Shown here: positions 14,063 through 24,569 of the stretch, one piece after another
Layout: every line of letters begins with the position of its first letter
Numbering within the stretch: the stretch's first letter is position 1
NCBI GenBank assembly: GCA_002269645.1
Contig: NIVC01002153.1
Location: 62,001-126,000, forward strand
DNA length: 64,000 nt
Reading direction: 5' to 3'
DNA from: Macrostomum lignano
Taxonomy: Eukaryota
Notes under the pieces: generated by a model
What the model was told of the DNA's origin: nothing
Seen by the model: the letters and a program-made list of their open reading frames with translations, nothing else
Databases searched by the model: none
Translations under genes and position numbers: made by a program

Positions 14063-17000
14063 GCCGCGCTGTACAATTCGACAGGCATGCTGTGGGTTGT
14101 GAATTTCACTTAGTTTACAGTTTCTAAAACTTCAATTTATATTTCCACAAAGTATAAATTATGATAGACTCTAAAATGGCAAAACTTACATATATTCTCT
14201 TTAAAAATCTAGTAATTAGTGCTAGAAAGCAAATTTCAAGATTGTTAAGACTTTTGACTTTCAATTTTTAATAATTTAATTAGCTAGGCCTCAATGTTAA
14301 TTATTTTGATTTTTATAAAGTATATTTTCTAGATTTTATATTTTCAACAATTTTCTATATTTTAGCTTAGTTAGATGATCCCTGATTAGAATAGCTACTA
14401 AATAAAAGTCAATATTAACAATAACAAGTGTAGGTTTATTTATTTAATGATATTACCATCATATAATACTAGGATTACTAGCCTTAAACTATAACAATAC
14501 TGACAGTAGGCCCTATGCCCATAGATAAATTGGCCCATAGGGCATAGATAAATAGTTTATATAAATATAATGGTATTGTAATTATATTTAAAATCTCTTA
14601 AAATATCTACAATGAATTTTTAAATGAATTATATTATTGTTAAGGGGTCTAATAAGATTTCTTGAAGGCTATTTTATACTGAAAGTTCATGTTGTTTCAA
14701 CCATGACTTATCTAAAAATAACAATTTCTCAGTAAAAAATTTTACTTGAAGAATTTTTAACCATAGGCCTAGACAAACTAGCTCCTCAAAAGCTACTCTG
14801 CTATAAGCCAAATTGTTTGAATCTAGGTATATCAGCTTTGAGTATCTATATTATATACAATATGCTGAGAAAAGCAAAATAAAAAAATGGACCTAGTCAT
14901 CTAGACAAGATGCACTTTTAACTTTAAGTAGCAACTTGCCAAAGAAGTAAAAGATCCTATAATTTTGTGTTTTATATCTATAGTATAATAGATTATATAA
15001 AAAGGATATATGATATCAATGAAGAAAGAGGGCCATCAAGGGACACAATGGCAACAGTGACCAACCTGGTTAAGCCTAGCCAACAAGATGCTTAAGAATA
15101 TACAAAATAACCTAGAAGATGAGAAATGATCTCTAATGATCCTTATCTTTATCTTTTGATCTTGCCAAGTACTTAAGGAATGACCAAAATATATTTTTTC
15201 TATTCTTTAAAAGGATCTATATGTCTGAGGTCTTATAATAAAACTAAGCAAGATAATATTGATAATGGTCAAAATAGACAAAGTTTAAATAGATGTTGCA
15301 TTTTTGCAAAGGAAAATAGTCATCATTAGAAGCCAAAAAATAAGTAAGAGTTTTTGTCAAGTCAAGTAGTAAGTCAAGTTTTGTTGTTTTGAATCAAATA
15401 GGGCCTAGCTTGCATTGAATTGAGTAATTTTTAAGTTTTTTTGGTAAATTTTTATTTATTAATATTATGTACTTTTAAATTTGAAAAACTATTGTATTTT
15501 GTTTATTTTTTGCTACTATCTTGTAATATATTAATGCTTGCTATTATTTTAATAAATTTTTGTATACTAAAGCTTGTTTTAATAGCAATCAATGAATAAT
15601 TATATCATTCAAATAATAAAAAAATAAAAAAATTATTGCTTATTGACATTCAATCATTATTTATAGCCTATGATAGTGTTGTGTTTTTTTTAAGTCGTTT
15701 GGCTTAGTATTAGTCTTTTAGTGACCAGCCATTGTTTGGAAATTGTATTGAATTTATTTTTTTATATTTCAACAATCTAGCAATATGTAAAGTATTTTTA
15801 TCTATCAATTAAATCTCTGCACTTTTTATGTGTCTGGCATTCTTGAATATTATTGTGTTATTACTTAGTTAGTATTTATTCAGTAGTGAGTTTCTATTTC
15901 CGTGATTCTTACTGTATGTACTTTACTACTATTGTTTTACTATATGCTAGGGCCTAATTCCTATCGTATTTCAAACGCGAATGCGTTGTGTTTTGGTGTT
16001 AGTTCTTCTGTGCGCCGTAGTAGTTGTAGTCGTAGGGTTGCATAGCTGTTTTAGAGTTCCAGTCGATCCAGTTTTAATTCAATAATAGATATAGACATTA
16101 TTTATAATATATATTAATTACCTTGACTACATAGATTGTTTAGATACAAATACAATATATATAAATGAAATGAATTAAGGCGCATTGCATCCACAAGCCA
16201 AGAATGCATTCGGCATTCGTTCACTCATCTGTCATCACAACGAAAATAAGGCGATTCTTTGAATTCTTGGACTTCAAGAAACTTATTTTACAAATAGGCA
16301 ATAGCCAATATTTAATAACAATAGGCTCTACTCTATATCTTCCTAACATACTATAGGCCTAGTAATAATAGGCCTTATCATTATACATAACTTTTTATTT
16401 CACATATTGTATGAAAGTATTTTTTATCCTTATTTCTGTCGAGTATTGTGTATAGGCTACTGTATATAGCTTTCTTTTTAATTGCTTCTAGCTCTAGTCT
16501 AAGTCTAAAGTATTTTTGCAAAAAACCTATCCTTCTATTTGAATTTGTCTGTTGCATGCATTTTAGCACTTCACTTCACTTAGACAGTTGAAGGCGACAG
16601 GTAAAACAAGCATAAATAGGCACACTAGGCAGAAATACTTTTACTTCCTCAACACAACGCCCTCAATGAAGTCACAGCTTACAATTACAAATATTGTCTG
16701 CCTCTACTAAGCACTTAAAAAAATATAGTACAGCTACTAATTGTGTGAGTAATTTCATAACTCAAGGCTAATTTGTGATTCGAATACTCAAAATACAAAA
16801 CTGAATTTATTTCAACAGTATAAAACTGTAGGTAATTTACTATTATTGTAAAATTCAAAGACCTTGACCTCCTATTTCCGATGCATATTTCTTAGAAAAA
16901 CTCGTGTTTAAAGTTTTGCAAGTTTGTTTAAACATGTGTACATTGGTAGATATTGGAGATATTAGATATATTATTATTTATAAAATAAAAATTTGCAAAA

Positions 17001-17099
17001 TAGCTTATGACACAATTCCTTGATTAAGAATTGTTGAATAAGCAATTGTAAGTAATTGTGTAATAGTACGTAATTTGCATTGAATAGTACCATTAGAAA

Positions 17100-18300
17100 A
17101 CACCCAGAGTGTTGACCATCAGTCCGACACTCGCCGCAACAGCAACCAGCTTTCCAGTTTTCTCTGGGCGCCCTCGACAGTTCAGGACAGCAGGGCGAGA
17201 TCGGACGTCGGCGGCGTAGCCAAGCGCGCTGAGGCTGAGCCGCCTCTCCTTTCTTCGAACCACGCGTCGCTGCAACAGAAAGCAGCTTCGCCGTTGGTAG
17301 GAAAAGCGGTCCGCAGCACCCAGTCAAGCACCAGACAAGGACCGCTGTATATAGTGGTCTTTGGCAACCAGAACAAACAGGAACGGCGCAAGCGAATCTC
17401 CCTGAAGCACCCCGGAGGATGTCTCAAAGAAGTCCGATCGAGGCCGTCCGCGGTGTTAAACAGTAGCAGTTTTCGCATCGCGGTACATCGCGAACTGCAA
17501 CGATGTGCGCCGTGGTACACTCGTAATCGGGTGCCTCCTCACCGAAGAGCACGGGATCTCACTGAGACCTCACTGGCCACACTGTGGATGCGTAGCGCCT
17601 CGATGGGCACCTCGTCCGAACCCAGCGCTTTCCCGCGCACGGTTGACTGTTGAGCGAGCCTCACAACGCCGGCTGTGCTGACTGGTGCTAGGCTAAAGCT
17701 CTCCTCTGCCGGCAAAGGCATCTCCGGCGGCAGCGTCAGACTCTCTGGCAGCGGGGGTGGCGGCGCGTTGACAATGACGGCAAAGAACTCACGCAGCTCG
17801 TTCCTGCATGCGCTTGTCCACAGAGTCACCTGCCAGGTTAGCGGAATGCGCCGCTTTTCGCCCCGTCAGAGCGTTGATAGCCGACCAGGCCACGCGCGGC
17901 CTCTAGCATCGGGCCCAGCGGCAGAGACGGCCCAAATGGCTTCATCAGCAGCAGCCTGCTGACGCTGCAGACAGACAGCCGCCAAGGCCTCCTCTGCCTC
18001 GCGGGTTGGTCGCCTGCTCAAACGGAGTCTCTCCAGCTCTTCCCTCGCTTGCCGAATCGCGGAGTCGTCTTGCCATACTGGCTGCTCCCACTGGGCCGGT
18101 CGCATCAGCGGGACTGCTTGTTCCGCGGCGGCTCGAACTGCAGCGCACACCTCCGCGTACTCGGCATCTCCAGCGCAGTGATGAAAGCGCTAGCAAAGCG
18201 GCTGTGCGTGTTGGCGTTCCTCAGCGCGCGGTAGTAGCGCGGCGGTGGCCACTTCGGCGGACGGTAGAGCGGATCGCGAAGACGAAGGTCGCAGACGAGG
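17100..18300 (-). mobile_element. Degenerate RTE-clade LINE fragment (post-endonuclease linker to RT)
   Basis: Frameshifted pieces ELREFFAVIVNAPPP, GKALGSDEVPIEAL, LDWVLRTAFP and a disrupted GYA..DLALLS RT motif. Confidence 0.8.
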
Positions 18301-18732
18301 AGTCGATAGTTAGTTACTCATAATCATAGCGTTAATCAGTTACTAAGCGTTCGTTAAATTTACGGACTGCCGTTAGGATTAACGAATTAGTGTTAATAGC
18401 TTTTGAGTTAACGACAAATTCATCGTTAACGTTAATGACAGTGTCATAATGATACCCTGAAAACGCTAAGAAAGAACAAAACTAAAAATCTGACGAGAAG
18501 TCAGAAGCCCCGCCCCATTTATCATGTTCATGTTTCTCATCTTTTCTCATCATGTTCTAGCTCGTTTTTCTTGCGCTGTCCTCTCTTCATCCCGTGTCTA
18601 CTTACAGTATTGTTTGTGCTCATCGTCGCCTCATCTCCTTTTAGAATCCCAAACGGTGACGCAAGGCTTCTGACCCCTCCTTCACCCCGATGACTCATCA
18701 CCCTCCTCTTGAGCAACTTTTTTCATATTTTC

Positions 18733-19381
18733 TGCCGAGGCGCTGACAGGCAGGTAACGGAGCTTCCGCGCTGTCAGCAGTTCGTCTACCTCGGCGGTCT
18801 GGTACCTGACGTCCGCGAAGATCTGCGGCGTCGCCGCGGGCTCGCTTGGGCTGCCTTTCGCTCTGTGAGGGCGGTCCTGCAGTCCGAGGCCCTACCTGAC
18901 CGCCAGAGGGCGGCGCTGTTCCAGGCGGTGGTCGAGATCATCCTGTTGTACAACGCCGAGACCTGGACGCTGACGGATTCGCTCGAACAGCAAGTCAACG
19001 CGGCGCACGCTGGCCTGCTGCGCGCCGCCTTTAAGATCAGCGACGAGCGGATCACTAACGCGGCCCTCTGTAGCCGCGCTGGCCTGGCCCGTCCAAGTGA
19101 ACTGCTGCGACTTCGGCGACTCCAGCTGGCAGGCCACATCATCCGCGCCGAGTCCTACTGCCCGCAGCCGGTGCAGGAGGTGCTGCTGCTGACAGTGCAG
19201 GCACCCTACCGGCGCGGCCAGGCCCGAACTCGGCGTTTCGTCGACTGCCTGCTGGCCGACTCTGGCGCCCCGGACTCTGCCGGCGGTGCGGCCTTTGTTC
19301 GCGCCCAGGCTCTGAAGCGTGCCCTGTGACGCAGCATTTTTTCCACCTGACAGTGTATTTTGTTGTTGTTGTTGTTGTTGT
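18733..19381 (+). mobile_element. 5'-truncated RTE-clade LINE 3' end with (TGT)n tail
   Basis: ORF FVYLGG...AWAAF...LLYNAETWTL...RRLQLAGH, stop at 19329, short UTR, then (TGT)n. Confidence 0.9.
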
Positions 19382-21709
19382 CTCATGCTATTGCTCTCTT
19401 CTCAAAATTTCTCATGCGACACCCACCCTTCCTCCGCTCCTATTGTTCTCGTTTTTATTCTTTTGTTCTCTTTTCGCACCCAATTAGCACCTTTTTCTCA
19501 ATGTTTACTTTTCTATTGTTCTCGGTTCTCCCCAATTATCCCCGATTTTCATTTCTTTTGTTCTCGGTCCGGATCCCATTGTTCTCAATGTTTGCTTGCG
19601 CAACACTTTTCCGGCGCCCCACTGTGCTTATTTTCCACCCACCCCTTCTCCGGATTGCTCAATTCTCCCATTTCTCATGTCACCATGCCGTTCTCATGCT
19701 TCTCATCATGACTCATTCTGACGTCATCTTCCCAGCAGCCAATCAGAGAGAGGGAGTCATGGAAACGACCTTGGAGCGGCGGCCGCGAGGACTATTTAAG
19801 GAAGCGATTTTCGGCGTGAGAACCTCGGATCTTTCTGTTTTTCGCGGGTTTCTCCCGTTCGGACCTTAAGTCTTCCAGTCCTACTATTGGACTTACTTCG
19901 TCTATAAGGCGAACCTCTGCCGGCCCGCGGTCTGATACCGCCAAGTTTCCTCAGCTCCCCTAGCGAGCTCATCTGCCGGCCCGCGGTCTTTTACCACCCA
20001 GCATCCTCAGCATCACCTAAGCTATATCAGCGCATCGCCGCTTCATTGTCTGCCTGTCCGCAGTCCACAGCCGCCGTCGGTCACTCCATCGCTCTCTCTC
20101 TCTCTCTGTGCAGCTGCCGGTGAGTTCCTGTACTAATTTGTGCTTTAATTGCCTTTGCTTATCCGGGGTTTGCTTATTTCCCATTGCTTGTTTGGAGAAC
20201 TGAGCCAATTGTGTACCGTACTTTGCTGTACGAGCTATTTTACTCAATAGTGAAGCCGCCTAATTGCCTGTTGATTTCGCCTAAGGGCCTAATTATTAAC
20301 CATAACTAAACTCCTCATTTTTAACATCTTCACCATCATTTCCCTCATGGCTTGTTGAGCCTTTCTCCCTGGGTGGCAAAGCATAAGGAAGCTGGGGTAA
20401 GCTAATGGCCTCTCCCCGTGCAAAGCCCGCCTGTGTGTGCGTGCTGCGGGTCCGTGTGTGCGTGCAGTAGAGGGGATTAGCGTGTCTCGGCACAGAATGG
20501 CAGCAGGAAGGTTGCAACGTCCTTCTTACGCGTCCCTTCGCCCGGAGCAATCTAAACTATAGCTAGTACATGTTCGCCTCACACTACTCTTAGTAACTGA
20601 AGCCGCAAGTCCGCCTCGCTCACAGCCACAAAGGATCCCCTGCTGAGAAATCATCCAGATTGAGCCCAGAGTTCTCGAATATGCCCCAAGCAGAGTCCCT
20701 GTACTAAGCCTAAATCTCCTGGTAACAAATCCAGGCGGGGCTCTAGCCTCGAGAGGTCTGGTAGTGAGATCTAGGTGCGCCAGGTCACATTGAGTGTTGG
20801 GCGGTAGCAGCTATTCGGTCATACCATGACCGAGTGACCAATTATTGCACCTTGGCTACAGGTGGGGTCCATGTGGGTCCTTGGCCCTCTGGTCATGAAA
20901 GCGCTACCAAAGCTATCAATCATGTGAGCGGGACAGTCTGGTGCTGGAGGTCCGTCAGGTCATTGCCCGGTCATAGGCAGCCTACGGTCACTGCCCCCTC
21001 TGGTCATGCGTTCGCCTCCCCGCGGAGCGGACGGTCATCAAGGGGTGTTACATCAAATTAATAATTAAATCTAATCTGTTAAATCTATTAAATCTAAATT
21101 TAATTATCAATTAGATTTCAAGTTAATATAATTAGCTACAATACGTCTTCCTTTTTATACCTACTTTAGTAGTATTTTACATACAAGTATTTACTTATTA
21201 TTTGTTACTTTCTTACTCGTAAATGGCTTGGATGACCTCTCTGTGTCAGCTGAAAAGATGTACAGTATAAGCAAAGACAGTAGAGTATTATGAAGTCTGT
21301 TTTGAAAAAGTGCCAGTCAGTCAACTCAACGAAATTAAGAGTTAATAAGTTCAGATCTTTTTGTTTTAACACTATCGCATTTTTCCATTAGCAAAAGCCA
21401 TTACAGTGCCCAGCAAAACAAAATTACTGTTTCAACCGTCATCTTGTGACGACTAAAGAACGAAGTTCTAATAGTTAATTCACTAAATTATTGTCAAGCC
21501 CGAGCAAATTCATTACATGTGGGTATACTCGTACATGTATATCCTCTCAACAGAATTGTTATGTTTATGGTAAATTTGTAAACTTATTGTCATATCGACC
21601 ATCAATCGCAATACACATACATGTAAATTTATGTGCTGTGACTAGAAAAGTTCGGTAAAACACTCAGCACTCAAAGCAGCTTACCGGAATTAGAGAATTT
21701 GATCGCCAC

Positions 21710-23827
21710 ATGGAGACAATGCCAGCAGCTTTTCTGTACTTAGTAACGACGTATTTTGCCCAGCAACTATGTGTCGCCGTACCACAGCCAGAGTTTCAAA
21801 GAGACAGCAACCGAACCAGCAACTTTCTGGCGAGCGACGAAGTGTGGGTGCCCGGAACTACTACCCTGGTTACTATGCGAATGGTTGGAGAGCCGCTGGA
21901 CATTGCAGTTCGATTGCTCAATGGTCCCGCTTCGTTTGGACAGCCTAAACTCTACCTAATGGTGAAATGTTCGCAGTCGGACAGTTTCGTTACAGCGGAG
22001 CTGTTTACCGGATTTACTGAGCCCATTTCTGCTACGGGTGAGAATAACAACAAACTGGGGCGCGTGTTCTGTAAGCACAGGCAGCCATTCTCTGTTCAGC
22101 CAGTACAAAGTCGGAGCAACCAGTTCAGGCTGAAGCTGATTGACAACGCCGGGAGAGTTCCGTTTAAGGAATCGCTCGACTTGTCAGCAGAGATAGCTGT
22201 ACGGGCCGCGTACAACAGACTCGAGCTGACTTCGAGTAGTCTACTCATCTACAACTGGGACTCTCTACTCAGCTTTAAAGTCCAGCCCGCCCAGCATCCT
22301 GGTGCTGCATCGCAATCTGTGGACCGCGTGCTCTCAGAGGAGGGCAAATCTTATCTGTTTTCTCTCTTTTATGAAGTCCAGCAACCTTTTTTGCAAAAGG
22401 TGAATTTCTTAAAGCAAAGTTTCATTAAATTAGTGAATAACGCGTCTCTTGTAATGCGCAGGCATTTGACAGTCTCGATAATAGTTCGCTTTGACGAAAA
22501 ATCCTGCTCAGAGCCAGTAGAGACCAGCTCGGCAATCGTTATTTCATCTGGCGATCCAACATTGAGAAATGAATCCTATTACAAGCGATCTGACTTCTTC
22601 CAGCCTTGTTGTGTCTTAAATTTGCAAACAGGTGCTTTAGAAGTAAACGAAGTACTTCTTGGTAATTTATTCTGGCAAGTGATTAGAAGACGGAAAAGTA
22701 TTTATTCAGCCGTATTTTTCTGCCTTGCGATATCTTCAAGCAATAAAGCGATGCGATATCATTCATCTTTAACCCTCAAAAAGGCATCAACTAATATTCG
22801 TCCCGAGTTGATTAACGAATATCGCAACGATTCTGGCTCTGAAAACGGGAAAACTAAGCAGACCCCCGCTCGTGTTTATCCAAGCCAGAGATTCGAAAAT
22901 GAGTATACTTCTGTCTACCCAAGCTGGTTTATAGGGACGGCAGAAAAATATTTCAAAATTTCAATTGCTCTCGATGATGTTCGGCGGCAAAAATGTAGAA
23001 ATAGCGTGGATAGCATGGAAGTGCAGCTCATTTCTGGAATGATTGACGTCCTCATAAAAACGCCAATCACGTGCTTCAAAAGTAGCAAGGCCTATCGCGT
23101 GTTCCACAATGGCACGGTGTGCGCTGGTCAGGTGGGAGGCGACGGCTTTCGAAACTGCAGTCAGTACTCAGTTAGCAAGTTTTACTCAGCTATCCGGTTT
23201 GATGGCATGCTTAGCACTAAACATGCTGGAGTTTACACATTCGCTACAGAGGACACAGTGCTCAAGTTCATAGTGACAGTGATAAGCCTACCTTTGTTCC
23301 GCACCGATGCTCAGTCTGGAGATCTCCAAGCGGAATCGATGGTCACCGAGCTGGTCCAGCTGTTTAACCTGAGCTGCACTGCGTTTTACTCCGGCGTGTC
23401 ACCTGTCAGTCTGAGGCCGTCATTTTTAGTTAAGGCTGCCGGAAAGCTGCTGGAGTTGTCTGTCCACGAGTTCACTCAGTACTTGGGTACGGCTCCTCAG
23501 AAGCTAGAGGTGAAACGTAGCGACGACAACAACAGCAGCAGCAGGCTGCAGCTGTACATGCCTTACGTGGAGAAGCCAAGAGCAGAGGCCATTTCCTTTG
23601 TAGTCCGTTGCCGGGCCTCACTAACGGCTGCAGTTACAAAAGAGCTTCTTGGCACGTCAGTGGAGTACTCAACTGAAACTCGTGGCATTGTCCGCTTTAC
23701 GCATTCTGATGAAGATTGGACTTTTCGGAACTTATTGGCAAAACTCTTCTCGCCGAGACTTTGCTGCGACGCTGTGCTACTCACAACAGCTCTGTTACTA
23801 GCTACTGTTGCCAAGTACTTAAATTGA
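21710..23827 (+). CDS. Intronless 705-aa predicted cell-surface protein, paralog A (signal peptide, constant N-domain, variable central domain, Ig-like C-terminal part, hydrophobic tail)
   Basis: Uninterrupted ORF; hydrophobic N- and C-termini; HAGVYTF resembles the Ig F-strand motif; clear homology to 35368-37389. Confidence 0.85.
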   Translation: METMPAAFLYLVTTYFAQQLCVAVPQPEFQRDSNRTSNFLASDEVWVPGTTTLVTMRMVGEPLDIAVRLLNGPASFGQPKLYLMVKCSQSDSFVTAELFTGFTEPISATGENNNKLGRVFCKHRQPFSVQPVQSRSNQFRLKLIDNAGRVPFKESLDLSAEIAVRAAYNRLELTSSSLLIYNWDSLLSFKVQPAQHPGAASQSVDRVLSEEGKSYLFSLFYEVQQPFLQKVNFLKQSFIKLVNNASLVMRRHLTVSIIVRFDEKSCSEPVETSSAIVISSGDPTLRNESYYKRSDFFQPCCVLNLQTGALEVNEVLLGNLFWQVIRRRKSIYSAVFFCLAISSSNKAMRYHSSLTLKKASTNIRPELINEYRNDSGSENGKTKQTPARVYPSQRFENEYTSVYPSWFIGTAEKYFKISIALDDVRRQKCRNSVDSMEVQLISGMIDVLIKTPITCFKSSKAYRVFHNGTVCAGQVGGDGFRNCSQYSVSKFYSAIRFDGMLSTKHAGVYTFATEDTVLKFIVTVISLPLFRTDAQSGDLQAESMVTELVQLFNLSCTAFYSGVSPVSLRPSFLVKAAGKLLELSVHEFTQYLGTAPQKLEVKRSDDNNSSSRLQLYMPYVEKPRAEAISFVVRCRASLTAAVTKELLGTSVEYSTETRGIVRFTHSDEDWTFRNLLAKLFSPRLCCDAVLLTTALLLATVAKYLN

Positions 23828-24569
23828 ACGATTGCCCTCGTTCTAGGGTGGAAACTTCACAATAGTAAATAATGGCACTACTCGATGCATTCAAAACATA
23901 TAAGATTTAAATGGTAGGGTTGGATTGGGTGGTAGGATTGTAACATTGTTACAGACGAGATATTGCATTTCGCTACCCATTTTGATTTAATTTGCTTTAC
24001 TTTTTAGGTCCTGCATGATTTTAAAGGTAGATTTTACTTGTAGCTAACTTTATATATACCTTGGTGTCGATTGCTGGTAATCGCGTGCATTTATGAAAGC
24101 TTCATCATTTTTATCGACTCTTGTTTTTGGATAAGAATATCGGATACTATATGTGAATTAAATAATCTTATGGCTGTTTTGATATTTGACCTGCGTGACC
24201 TGCACTAAGTAATAATTAAACAAAAATTATTAAACCATTTATAGCATATTTTTGTCTTTCCAACGTCTTCAGATCTTCACGGAGTCGAAAATAGCAAATC
24301 TGCTATTTGAAGATTTGAGATTATAAAGAACTGCTAAATCAAGCTCGTTCGAGATCGAGCTGTAGTGTTTAAAACTACATTGGATAAATATCATTGCAGG
24401 TAAAACGAACGAATTAGTTTGTATTCTTGTAAATTCCTTGATTCAAAAAATAAAGAATCGAAAATATTCGATAGACAAATATAATTGACGGTTTGGACAA
24501 CTGAAGTGAAAGTCTTTCAATTTTTAGCACTAAAATACCCTCGCCTGGATCTACTCACAGGTTTATTAA

